Assembly (NCBI GenBank): GCA_963742735.1
Contig: CAVUMN010000004.1
Location: 96,001-160,000, forward strand
Direction of reading: 5' to 3'
Source: an uncultured Actinomycetes bacterium
GTDB taxonomy: Bacteria > Actinomycetota > UBA4738 > JBBDTT01
DNA: 64,000 nt
A model generated the notes under the pieces. The model ran no database searches, was not told where the DNA came from, and saw only the letters and a list, made by a program, of their open reading frames with translations. Of the stretch, positions 1 to 9,051 are shown one piece after another. The position numbers were made by a program, and so were the translations under genes. The stretch's first letter is position 1; each line of letters begins with the position of its first letter.

Positions 1-39
1 TACCTCGGCGACGTGGAAGTCGTGGAAGCCCAGGTCTAG
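1..39 (+). CDS. 3' end of an upstream CDS (partial, ...YLGDVEVVEAQV*)
   Basis: Frame 1 is open with GC-rich third positions up to TAG at 37-39, co-directional with the next gene. Confidence 0.45.
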   Translation, partial: YLGDVEVVEAQV

Positions 40-66
40 TCACTCCGGGCGGCGGGAGGCCGGCCG

Positions 67-1344
67 ATGACCGAGCACCAGCTTTTGCTTCTTCTGGCCG
101 AGATCGTCGTGCTGGTCGTCGTCGCGCGACTGGGGGGGGAGGTCGCGGCACGGCTGGGGATCCCTCTCGTCGTCGGGGAGCTCCTCTTCGGGATCGCCGT
201 CGGCCCGTCCCTGCTCGGAGTGGTGTGGCCAGGAGGCTTCCAGGCGCTGTTCCCCCCGGAGCAACGGCCGATGCTCGATGTCGTCGGGTGGATCGGCGTC
301 ATCTTCCTGGTCCTGATCGCGGGCATGGAGACCCGACTGGGGATCCTCCGGCGAGCGCGAAAGGCCGTGTTCACGTCGTGGATCGGCGGCTTCTTCCTGC
401 CGTTCGCACTCGGGATGGGGTTCGCGTTCCTCGTGCCCGCGACGCTGATCGGGCCGGCCGTGGACCGACCGGTGTTCGCCCTGTTCATGGGGACGGCCAT
501 GGCGATCTCCGCCATCCCGGTGATCGCCCGGATCCTGATGGACCTCGGCCTGTTTCGAAGTCGCGTGGGAATGGTCGTCATCTCCACCGCGGTCACCGAC
601 GACACGCTCGGGTGGATCGTCCTGGCGTTCGTGAGCGGCCTGGCGAACGACGGAGCCGTGAACGCCGGGGGGATGGTCCGCACCTCGCTGCTCACCCTGG
701 GCTTCGTGGCCGCTGCCCTGACCGTCGGCCGGCCCCTCGTCGCCTGGGCGGTTCGCGCGAGCGCGAAGCTGCGGGTGCCCCACGGGCAGTCCTCGGTCAT
801 GCTCCTCATGGTGTTCCTGGGCGGCCTGGCGACGCAGGCGATCGGCGTCCACCTGGTCCTCGGGGCGTTCCTCGTGGGGATCCTGATCGGGCGATCGAAG
901 GCCCTGGGTCCCGAGGCCGTCGAGTCGGTCCACCAGCTGGGGATGGGCTTCTTCGCGCCGTTCTTCTTCGCGTACACCGGGATCAAGGTCGACCTGACCG
1001 CGCTCGGCGGGAACCTCGCCCTGGTCGCGGTCGCGGCGGTGGCCGTGGCCTCGTTCGGGAAGCTCGTCGGAGGTGGGGTCGGCGCTCGTATCGGCGGATT
1101 GCCCCGGTGGGAGGCGGCCGCGGTCGGCGCCGGGCTCAACGCCCGCGGCGCGATGGAGCTGGTCATCGCCGCCATCGGACTGTCGATCGGCGTGCTCACC
1201 GAGGCGTCCTACGCCATCGTGGTCCTGATCGCGGTGACGACCTCGGCCATGGCCGGCCCGATGATCCGGACGTTCATGCGCCGGGCCAGGATCGCCGCAG
1301 GCGAGGTCGGGGAGACCGAGGCCGTGCCGGCGGTCGCCGGCTAG
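67..1344 (+). CDS. Cation:proton antiporter (CPA2/Kef-type)
   Basis: About 12 hydrophobic segments; motifs VVGELLFGIAVGPS, ISAIPVIARIL, DDTLGW, FFAYTG, GLNARGAMEL; GGGAGG RBS. Confidence 0.9.
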   Translation: MTEHQLLLLLAEIVVLVVVARLGGEVAARLGIPLVVGELLFGIAVGPSLLGVVWPGGFQALFPPEQRPMLDVVGWIGVIFLVLIAGMETRLGILRRARKAVFTSWIGGFFLPFALGMGFAFLVPATLIGPAVDRPVFALFMGTAMAISAIPVIARILMDLGLFRSRVGMVVISTAVTDDTLGWIVLAFVSGLANDGAVNAGGMVRTSLLTLGFVAAALTVGRPLVAWAVRASAKLRVPHGQSSVMLLMVFLGGLATQAIGVHLVLGAFLVGILIGRSKALGPEAVESVHQLGMGFFAPFFFAYTGIKVDLTALGGNLALVAVAAVAVASFGKLVGGGVGARIGGLPRWEAAAVGAGLNARGAMELVIAAIGLSIGVLTEASYAIVVLIAVTTSAMAGPMIRTFMRRARIAAGEVGETEAVPAVAG

Positions 1345-1378
1345 GTCCGGTCAGGGCCCCGCGTAGACTCCCCGCCCG

Positions 1379-2209
1379 ATGTTGCGCGCGGTCATCCTCG
1401 GCATCACCCAGGGGCTCTCCGAGTTCCTCCCGATCTCGTCGTCGGCCCATCTGGTGCTCGTCCCCTTCGTCCTGACCTGGGACGTCAACCAGCCGATCCC
1501 AGGGACGCCGGCCCTGGGGTTCGACGTGGCGCTGCACCTCGGCACGCTCCTGGCCGTCGTCGTGTACTTCCGGAGGGATCTGCTGGCCATCCTCGGGGGA
1601 TCCCTGCGGGCCGCGCGGGGCGGGCGGGCCGAGGCCGACGTGGTGAACGCGCGGATGCTTGGGCTGCTCGCCGTGGCCACGGTGCCCGCCGCCGCGGTGG
1701 GGCTCCTGTTCAAGGACCGGATCGAGGACGCGTTCGGCGAACCCCAGATCGCCGCGCTCCTGCTGCTCGGAACGGCCGCGCTGCTGGTCGTCGCGGACTT
1801 CCTGCACGACCGGCGGGAGCACCATCGCGACCTGGCCTCGGTGGGAATGGTCGACGCGGTCGTGATCGGGGCGATGCAGGCGGTGTCGATCCTGCCTGGC
1901 ATCTCCAGGTCCGGGTCGACGATCACCGCCGGCATCGCCCGAGGGCTGTCGCGAGAGTCGGCCGCGCGGTTCTCGTTCCTGACGTCGATCCCGGCGATCC
2001 TGGGGGCCGCCTTGGTCGCCCTGCCCGACCTCCGGGGCATCCCGTCGTGGGGCCCGGTGATCGCCGGGGCGGTCGTCGCCGCGATCGTCGGGTTCCTCTC
2101 GATCGCGTTCCTGCTCCGGTACGTGCGGACCAACCGCCTCCGCCCCTTCGCCGTCTACTGCGTGGTCGCCGGCGTGGTGGGCCTGGCCTACTGGGCCCAG
2201 ATCAAGTAG
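1379..2209 (+). CDS. uppP: Undecaprenyl-diphosphate phosphatase
   Basis: QGLSEFLPISSSAH, LHLGT and PGISRSGSTI signature motifs; TAGACT -10 at 1364-1369. Confidence 0.95.
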   Translation: MLRAVILGITQGLSEFLPISSSAHLVLVPFVLTWDVNQPIPGTPALGFDVALHLGTLLAVVVYFRRDLLAILGGSLRAARGGRAEADVVNARMLGLLAVATVPAAAVGLLFKDRIEDAFGEPQIAALLLLGTAALLVVADFLHDRREHHRDLASVGMVDAVVIGAMQAVSILPGISRSGSTITAGIARGLSRESAARFSFLTSIPAILGAALVALPDLRGIPSWGPVIAGAVVAAIVGFLSIAFLLRYVRTNRLRPFAVYCVVAGVVGLAYWAQIK

Positions 2210-2699
2210 GGATCGACTCCACGAGCGCCTCGCTCTGGGCGCGGTCGAGCCCCCTGGTAGTAACCCCGAGCACGTCGGGGCCGCTGTCGGCCGCGTAGCC
2301 GAAGCACGGGGACGGTCCCTGCCCGGCATCTCCGCACTCCGGCGAATCGGCGACGACCGTCCAGTCGCCCACCCGAGGTCCCCGCAGGTCGACCGAGCCC
2401 GCGGTTCCGCGGTACACGCGAACCACCACCTCCCGGCATCGATCGTCCGTCCAGATGGCGAGGCCGCCCGCGGGCCGAAGGTGGGACTCCCAAACGCCGG
2501 CCAGGCCGAAGCCCGCCGGCAATTCGCCCGGAACATGGCCCGCGAGCTGTTCGACGATGCGGCCGACCGGGAGGGGGTCGGCCTGCGCGTTCCCGAGCGG
2601 GCACGCGCGGGGCGCCGGCGACGTGACCACGGCCGATGAAGCCTGGCTACACGCCGCGGCGGCTGCCAGGGCCACCACGAGGAGGAATCGTGCCCGCAT
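2202..2699 (-). CDS. Hypothetical lipoprotein
   Basis: MRARFLLVVALAAAAAC signal and lipobox; start reassigned to ATG 2699, just downstream of tldE. Confidence 0.7.
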   Translation of the reverse strand: MRARFLLVVALAAAAACSQASSAVVTSPAPRACPLGNAQADPLPVGRIVEQLAGHVPGELPAGFGLAGVWESHLRPAGGLAIWTDDRCREVVVRVYRGTAGSVDLRGPRVGDWTVVADSPECGDAGQGPSPCFGYAADSGPDVLGVTTRGLDRAQSEALVESIPT

Positions 2700-2710
2700 G
2701 AGGCACCAAG

Positions 2711-4054
2711 CTACGCGCCGCCCACGCTCATCTCGCCGATCAGGACCGTGGGCGAGCCGATGGCGCCGCCGAACCGGAGGTCGGCCCCGACCGCCACGAT
2801 CGCCACCAGCATGTCGATGAGCGTGGACGCGATCGTCATCTCTCGCAGCGGCTCGCCGAGCTCGCCGTTCTCGACCCGGAGGCCGGCGGCGCCGACGCTG
2901 AACTCGCCGCTCACGGGGTTCGCTCCGGAGTGCACCCCGGTGACGTCCTGGACGTAGATCGCCCGCCCGGCTCGGGCCAGGAGCGCGGCGGCGTCCTCGG
3001 TCCCCGGCACCAGGTACAGGTTCGACGGCGACACGCCCGGGAGGCTCCGGTACGAGGCTCGGCCGGCGTTCCCGGTCGAGCTGGTTCCGCCGCGCCGGGC
3101 CGTCGTCGTGTTGTGGAGGAACTCCCGCAGGGTTCCCTCGCCGACGAGCGTCGTCGGCCGGGTCGGCACGCCCTCGTCGTCGAACGGCGAGGCCGCGGGG
3201 CCGTCCAGGAACCGGCCGTCGTCGATGATGGTGACGACGTCCGAGGCGACCTCCTGCCCCTCGCGGCCGGCGAACAACGACCGGCCCTTTTGCACCGACT
3301 CGGCGGAGAGGCCCCCGGCGAGCACGCCGAGGAACGACCCCGCGGCGAGGGGGTCGAGGATCACCGGCAGCCGCTCGGTGGCCGGCTTGGTCGCCCCGAG
3401 CAGGCGAGCGGCGCGCGACGCCGCCTCCCGCGCGACGAGCTGCCAGTCGAGCTCGTCCACGGTCCGCCCGAGACGGAAGTCGTACCCGGTCTGCGTCTCC
3501 CCGTCGCGTTCGGCCATGGCGAACGCCGAGCACCAGCAGTCGGTCCGCTCGTAGCTCGCGGCCAGGCCCTCCGTGGAGGCGATCGCAACCCGCGAGACCG
3601 CGTCGCCGTAGCCGGCCTCCTCGACCTTCTTCACGGCCGGGTCGGCGGTCGTCGCGGCCCGCTCCAGCTCGAGGGCCAGGGAGACCTTCCGCTCCGTGGG
3701 GAGCTCAGCCATCGCCGGGACGTACAGGCCGTCGAGCGGCTCGATCGACTCGGCGGCCGGGAGCCCGAACGCCTCGTCGGGCTCGCCCAGCCGGGCGTTC
3801 TCGCGGGCCTGCCGGACCAGGTCCGCCGCCTCGTCGGGGGAGGGGTCGGTCGCATACGCGTATCCCTGGCGGCCGTCGAGCAGGACCCGGACCCCGAGCC
3901 CGCGCGACTCCGCGAACGAGAGCGACTCGACCTCGCCCGCCCGGGCCTTGACCGACGTGCGCCGGCCCTCCGCCGCGTAGGCCTCCACCGCCTCCCCGTT
4001 GCCGGCGGCGTCCAGCGCGGCCCGGCACAGGTCGTCGAGCTCGGGGGCGGTCAT
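2711..4054 (-). CDS. tldE: TldE/PmbA family protein
   Basis: MTAPELDD start overlapping the tldD stop (ATGA); SPFDDEGVPT, STGNA, GEFSVGAAG and EMTIAS motifs. Confidence 0.9.
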   Translation of the reverse strand: MTAPELDDLCRAALDAAGNGEAVEAYAAEGRRTSVKARAGEVESLSFAESRGLGVRVLLDGRQGYAYATDPSPDEAADLVRQARENARLGEPDEAFGLPAAESIEPLDGLYVPAMAELPTERKVSLALELERAATTADPAVKKVEEAGYGDAVSRVAIASTEGLAASYERTDCWCSAFAMAERDGETQTGYDFRLGRTVDELDWQLVAREAASRAARLLGATKPATERLPVILDPLAAGSFLGVLAGGLSAESVQKGRSLFAGREGQEVASDVVTIIDDGRFLDGPAASPFDDEGVPTRPTTLVGEGTLREFLHNTTTARRGGTSSTGNAGRASYRSLPGVSPSNLYLVPGTEDAAALLARAGRAIYVQDVTGVHSGANPVSGEFSVGAAGLRVENGELGEPLREMTIASTLIDMLVAIVAVGADLRFGGAIGSPTVLIGEMSVGGA

Positions 4055-5436
4055 CCGGTTCCGCCCACGGTCATCCGGGTGATCCGAAGGGTGGGGCTGC
4101 CGTTGGACACGGGGACCCCCTGGCCGTCCTTGCCGCACACCCCGTGGAACTCGTCGAAGTCCGAGCCGACCGCGTCGACCAGCGACAGGATCGTCTGGCC
4201 CTGTCCGATCAGGTTGGCACCGCGTGCCGGCCGCGTGATCTCCCCGTTCTCGATCAGGTAGGCCTCCCGGACGCCGAACACGAAGTCGCCGGTCGCGGGG
4301 TTCACCTGGCCGCCGCCGAGCTGCCCGCAGAACAGCCCGCGCTCGGTCCCCGCCAGGATGGCCGCCGGATCGTCGTCGCCGGGCAGGATGTGGGAGTTCG
4401 CCATCCGGGGGATGGGCAGGTTGGCGTAGGACTGGCGGCGGCCATGGCCGTTCGACGGGACGCCGTCGCGTTCGGCGCGCAGGCGGTCGTACAGGTAGTC
4501 GGCCAGCACGCCCTTGTCGAACAGGACGGTTCGCGTGGCGGGGGTGCCCTCGTCGTCGTAGGCGTAGGAGCCCCACGCGTTGGGGATGGTCGCGTCCTCG
4601 ATACCGGTGATGAGCTCCGAGGCAAGCTTCTGGCCCATCTTCCCCAGGTAGATCGAGGCCTCCTTCTGGACGATGTCGGCCTCCAGGCCGTGGCCGCACG
4701 CCTCGTGGAACAGGACCCCGCCGCCGCCCGGCGCGATCACGACCGTCATCTCCCCCGCGGGGGCGGGCACGCCGTCGAGCATCGTCACCGCCTGACGGGC
4801 CGCCTCGCGCGCGGTCTCGACCGGCGGGTAGCGCTCCAGGAGCTCCAGACCGCACAATCCGCCCGGCCCGCGATAGCCCGTCTGGATCACGTCGTCGCGG
4901 GCCGCCACCACCTGGACCATCAGCCGGACCCGCGGGCGAACCTCCTCGGCCCACAGACCCTCGGAGTTCGCCATCAGGATGCGCTGCTCCGAGTCGCCGA
5001 AGGACACGGTGACCTGGCGAACCTCGCCGGCGTAGGCGCGGGCGGCCTCGTCGGCCTCGCGAACCCACTCGACCCGGCGCTCCGAGGGGACCGAGTCGCG
5101 CGGCACTTGGGCCCGGTGGACGACGGGTCGCTCCGAGGTGGTGAAGTCCAGGACGCCGGTGCCGCCGGGGGATCCCTTCGCCGCCGCGGCGGCGGCCTCG
5201 GCGGTACGCACCAGCGACTCCCGATCCCACCGGTTGGTGTGCGCGAAGGCCTGCGACTCGCCGTGGATCACGCGGATCCCGGCGCCCCGGTCCAGGCCCG
5301 TGCTGAGCTCCTCGACCTTGCCGTCGTCCAGGTGGACCGAGGTCGAGGACCGCTCCTCCACGTAGATGTCCGCGAACCGCCCCCCCGAGGCGAGGGCCGC
5401 CGTGAGGGCGCCTCGAACGTCGTCGGGATCGAGCAT
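4051..5436 (-). CDS. tldD: TldD metalloprotease
   Basis: FHEACGHGLEAD (HExxxH), PIPRMANS, GGGQVNPATGDF and CGKDGQ motifs; ATG 5436 with TACGAT -10. Confidence 0.93.
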   Translation of the reverse strand: MLDPDDVRGALTAALASGGRFADIYVEERSSTSVHLDDGKVEELSTGLDRGAGIRVIHGESQAFAHTNRWDRESLVRTAEAAAAAAKGSPGGTGVLDFTTSERPVVHRAQVPRDSVPSERRVEWVREADEAARAYAGEVRQVTVSFGDSEQRILMANSEGLWAEEVRPRVRLMVQVVAARDDVIQTGYRGPGGLCGLELLERYPPVETAREAARQAVTMLDGVPAPAGEMTVVIAPGGGGVLFHEACGHGLEADIVQKEASIYLGKMGQKLASELITGIEDATIPNAWGSYAYDDEGTPATRTVLFDKGVLADYLYDRLRAERDGVPSNGHGRRQSYANLPIPRMANSHILPGDDDPAAILAGTERGLFCGQLGGGQVNPATGDFVFGVREAYLIENGEITRPARGANLIGQGQTILSLVDAVGSDFDEFHGVCGKDGQGVPVSNGSPTLRITRMTVGGTG

Positions 5437-5463
5437 GGGCGCGCATCGTACACTCGGCCGCCA

Positions 5464-7611
5464 GTGAGAACCCGCGCCGCGGCGGCCCTGATCGGGCTCG
5501 CCCTTCCGTTCATCCCGGCTCCCGCCCACGCGCAGGAGTCCCGCGCCGATCGGGTCGTGATCGTCGTCCTCGACCGCGTGCGGGTCGACGACATGCTGGG
5601 GATCCCCGCGGTGCAGCGGCTCTCGGGCGCGGCCGCCTTCGGCGTGCTGTCGACGGCCGGACGGGGCGTGGTCACGCCGTTCGTGGGCGCCCTGTCGATC
5701 TCGGCGGGCACGCGGGCCGTGGCCGCCGACCCGGCCACCCACTTCCTGACCATCCCGCCGGGCCCGATCAACGAACCGTTCCTGGTCGGCACCGTGGGCG
5801 AGGCCTACGCCGCGCGGACCGGCCGGGTCGTGCCTCCTGCCCGCCCCAACGGCCACGGCCCCTTCCTGTATCCGGACATCGTCGACGTCCAAGGTGCGAA
5901 CGCCCGGGCCGACGTCCGGGCCGTTCCCGGCCTGCTCGGCCAGAGCGTGCTCGACGCGGGGCTGCGGGTGTCGGTGGCGTCCTACGACGGGGCCGACATC
6001 GCCCGGCTGGCTCCGCTCGTCGTGATGGACGAGGACGGCGTCGTCCCGTGGGGAATCCTCATGGACCGCCGCGACCCGGCCGCGGCGGGCGACGCGGTCG
6101 CCTCCGCGCTCTCCCGCGGGGACCTGGTGGCCATCGACGGTGGAAGCGTCGCCACCGCGACCACGCTGCTCCCCCAGGTGATCCGCCGGCTGGGCCCCGA
6201 CGACGCCCTCATCGTCCTGGCCGCCGACCCGCCCCGCGAGGTCAGCAAGGAGCACACGTGGCTCTCACCGGTGATGGCGCGCGGGCCGGGGCTCCCCGCG
6301 GGACTGCTCACGTCGACCAGCACCCGGCGCTCGGGCGTGGTCTCGAACGTGGACGTGCTGCCCACGGTGCTGGCCTGGCTGGGAGTGGAGGCGCCCGAGG
6401 GGCTGGTCGGCCAGCGGTTCGAGTCCACGGCCGACGAGGACCCGCTCGCGCGGACCGCCGAGGACTTCGCCGACTACCGGCGCATCGCCCGCCAGCGCGG
6501 CGAGGTGTTCCAGGCCCTGTCGGTCTTCGCGATCCTGGCCATGGCCCTCGCCGGGATCGCCTCGTTCCGGCGCGACAGCTCGGCACCCGGGATCCTTCGC
6601 GTCGCGCTGCTGGGCGCGGCGTCGAGCCCGCTGGTCCTGCTGATCGAACCGCTGGTCGCGTCCGAGCGGCTGGGCCTGACGCTGCTCTTCCTGTTCGGGG
6701 CCTCGCTCGCGATCGGTGCCGTGGTGGCGCGGTTGGTTCCCGAGAACCGCGTGGCGTTCGGGATCGTCGGCGGCGCGTCGGTTGCGGTCCTGCTGGTGGA
6801 CGTCCTGCTCGGGAGCCCGCTCGCGGCGCGCTCGATCCTGGGGTTCACCGTGGCGGGCGGGACCCGCTTCTACGGGCTCGCGAGCGAGGAGATGGGCGTC
6901 GCCCTGGCCGGCCTGTTCCTGACCGTCGGCCTGATCGTCGACGCCCGGCCGGACCGGCGGCGGTGGGCCTACGCGGGTGCCGCCCTGGCCGTCCTGATCT
7001 TCGCGGCGCCGCCGTTCGGGGCGAAGTTCGGGATGCTCCTCACCGCCATCCCGGCTCTCGCGGTGGCGTGGCTCACGTTCGAGGGCCGGCGTCTGACCCG
7101 CGAGACCGCGCTGCTCACCGCGGCGGTGCTCGTCGCGAGCGTGGGCCTGGCCGCGGCCGCGGGCCTCATCGCGGGGACCGGCGGCTCGCACATCGGGGTG
7201 GAGACGCGCGTCCTGGGCGAGGCCGGCGCCAGCGCCGCCGTGTCGGTCTTCCTGCGCCGCGCCGCCGTGGCCTTCCGACTCCTGCTGACGTTCTGGGCGT
7301 GGCTGGTGGCCGCCGGGTTCGCGACGCTGGCGTTCGCCGCGTTCCTTCGCCGAGACCGCCTGCGGCTCGCGCTCGCCCCGCATCCGGGGCTGCGAGGGGC
7401 GATCGCCGGGCTGGGCGTTGCCGCGCTGGCGGCGCTCCTCACCAACGATGCGGGAGCGGTGATCGTGGCGACCATGGTGCTGGTGGCCGGGCCCGCGCTG
7501 ATGGCGGAGCTGGCCTCGCAGCCGCCCGATCAGCGGCGGGCGAGCAGCACCGTGCGAAGGTCGAGCAGCGACGCGACCAGGAGCCCCAGCATGATCGGGG
7601 CGATCACGTAG
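5464..7611 (+). CDS. Membrane protein with an N-terminal alkaline-phosphatase/PGM-like extracellular domain and about 10 TM helices
   Basis: Signal peptide, VVIVVLD, LTSTSTRRSGVVSNVDVLPT, GTRFYG, FGAKFG and LTNDAG; GTG 5464 after TACACT. Confidence 0.7.
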   Translation: MRTRAAAALIGLALPFIPAPAHAQESRADRVVIVVLDRVRVDDMLGIPAVQRLSGAAAFGVLSTAGRGVVTPFVGALSISAGTRAVAADPATHFLTIPPGPINEPFLVGTVGEAYAARTGRVVPPARPNGHGPFLYPDIVDVQGANARADVRAVPGLLGQSVLDAGLRVSVASYDGADIARLAPLVVMDEDGVVPWGILMDRRDPAAAGDAVASALSRGDLVAIDGGSVATATTLLPQVIRRLGPDDALIVLAADPPREVSKEHTWLSPVMARGPGLPAGLLTSTSTRRSGVVSNVDVLPTVLAWLGVEAPEGLVGQRFESTADEDPLARTAEDFADYRRIARQRGEVFQALSVFAILAMALAGIASFRRDSSAPGILRVALLGAASSPLVLLIEPLVASERLGLTLLFLFGASLAIGAVVARLVPENRVAFGIVGGASVAVLLVDVLLGSPLAARSILGFTVAGGTRFYGLASEEMGVALAGLFLTVGLIVDARPDRRRWAYAGAALAVLIFAAPPFGAKFGMLLTAIPALAVAWLTFEGRRLTRETALLTAAVLVASVGLAAAAGLIAGTGGSHIGVETRVLGEAGASAAVSVFLRRAAVAFRLLLTFWAWLVAAGFATLAFAAFLRRDRLRLALAPHPGLRGAIAGLGVAALAALLTNDAGAVIVATMVLVAGPALMAELASQPPDQRRASSTVRRSSSDATRSPSMIGAIT

Positions 7612-9023
7612 TGCACCGTGAAGATCATCGCGCTCCACACCCCTGAGTCGAACGAGGGCTCGGCGGGAATCCCGGTCAGCGCGAGCAGCGCGCTCACGCA
7701 GATGCCGACCACGATCGGGACGGGACGCGTGGTGAGGGCCAGCGCCGGCAGGAACCAGACCACGTACCAGGGCAGCAGGTACGCGGCGCACAACGACGTC
7801 ACCAGCAGGCCCCATCCCCACGCTTCCGCCGGACCGATCCGGCGGTCTCCGCGCGGAATCCGGCGCAAGATCAGGAACAGCACCGCGAGGCCCAGCGCGG
7901 TGAACCCGGCCTGGGTCAGCGCGGCCAGCGCCTCCCTGACGTCGAGCCCGCCACCCAGGTCGGTGCCGGCGTCCCCGGCCTTGCGGACGAGGAGCCGCAC
8001 CGGGCTCGCCCAGCCGAGGCGCGAGACCAGCGTCGCGAACGAGCTCAGCGTCGCCCGGGAGTAGCCGAACGGCGCGAACAGCACCGCGGTGATCCCCGTC
8101 GCGAGCGCCAGGTGCGGCCACGTCGCGCGGACCCGGTCGCGCAGCCGGGGTCCGGCCCGCAACCACACCGCCCCGAGGGCCAGGCCGAGGGGCACCGCCG
8201 CCACCAGCTTCACCAGCGTCCCCAGGGTCAGGACCACGGTGGCGGCGAGCGGCCGGCGGCCCCACAGGGCCAGCGCGCCGACCACGGCCAGACCGACCAG
8301 CACGTCGTTGTGCCCGCCGCCCACGGTGTGGAACAGGATCACCGGATTCAGCCCCAGGAGCACCGCCGCGAACGCGCCCCGGCCCGGCCGCGCCCGCTCG
8401 GCCAGGCGCACGGCGATCACCACGGTGGCCGCCGCCGCGATCGACGACAGGGCCTTGAACGCGAACACCGAGCCCGCCACCGAGCCGAACGCGCGGACGA
8501 TCCCGCCCGAGGCGATCGTGAACGCCGGACCGTAGACCGACCGGGCATCGATCCACTCCCCCGACACCACGTAGACGAACGGGTCCTGCCGGAACTCGAG
8601 GGGCGGGTGGATGTACGGGTTCGACCCCCACACCGCCCAGATCCGTCCGTAGCTGGCGTACGAGTAGACGTCGCGGGACAGCAGCGGCGGCAGGAAGGTC
8701 ACCGCCGCGATCAGACCGAGCGCGGTCCACACCGCGGCGCGGGTCGACAGCCGTCCGTTCCACGCCAGCAGACACAGGGCAAGGAACGCGATCACCGCGA
8801 TCCCCACCAGCATCGACGCTCGCAGCGTCGCGACGCCCGAGTCGATTCCCTCGAGCCCGATCGAACGCGCCAGCCGCCCGAGCGCGGCCGGTGGAGCCAT
8901 ACCCTCGGGCAACGGAGGCAGCAGCGGAGAGGGGCTCAGGCCGGCGAGGATCGCCAGTCCCGCCGTGGCGGTAACCAGCAGTCCCAACCAGGGGGCGGGA
9001 GAGGTGAATCCCGGACGCGGCAC
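7530..9023 (-). CDS. Polyprenol-phosphomannose-dependent alpha-1,6-mannosyltransferase-like (MptA/MptB family, GT-C)
   Basis: LLSRDVYSY, SVYGP, LNP, GGGHND and PWY motifs; polytopic; GTG 9023 with TACGCT -10 7 nt upstream. Confidence 0.82.
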   Translation of the reverse strand: MPRPGFTSPAPWLGLLVTATAGLAILAGLSPSPLLPPLPEGMAPPAALGRLARSIGLEGIDSGVATLRASMLVGIAVIAFLALCLLAWNGRLSTRAAVWTALGLIAAVTFLPPLLSRDVYSYASYGRIWAVWGSNPYIHPPLEFRQDPFVYVVSGEWIDARSVYGPAFTIASGGIVRAFGSVAGSVFAFKALSSIAAAATVVIAVRLAERARPGRGAFAAVLLGLNPVILFHTVGGGHNDVLVGLAVVGALALWGRRPLAATVVLTLGTLVKLVAAVPLGLALGAVWLRAGPRLRDRVRATWPHLALATGITAVLFAPFGYSRATLSSFATLVSRLGWASPVRLLVRKAGDAGTDLGGGLDVREALAALTQAGFTALGLAVLFLILRRIPRGDRRIGPAEAWGWGLLVTSLCAAYLLPWYVVWFLPALALTTRPVPIVVGICVSALLALTGIPAEPSFDSGVWSAMIFTVHYVIAPIMLGLLVASLLDLRTVLLARR

Positions 9024-9051
9024 GGGCGACAGCGTACGTAGAATGCCGCCG

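Noticed and set aside
2711-5436. TldD/E as part of a RiPP cluster
   Set aside because: No precursor peptide, YcaO or other maturase nearby
2711-5446. 911-aa ORF suggesting a TldD-TldE fusion
   Set aside because: The N-terminal half is an off-frame read of tldD; tldE starts at 4054 overlapping the tldD stop
7530-7611. 82-nt convergent overlap as an antisense system
   Set aside because: Stop codons are scarce in high-GC DNA, so tail overlaps are expected
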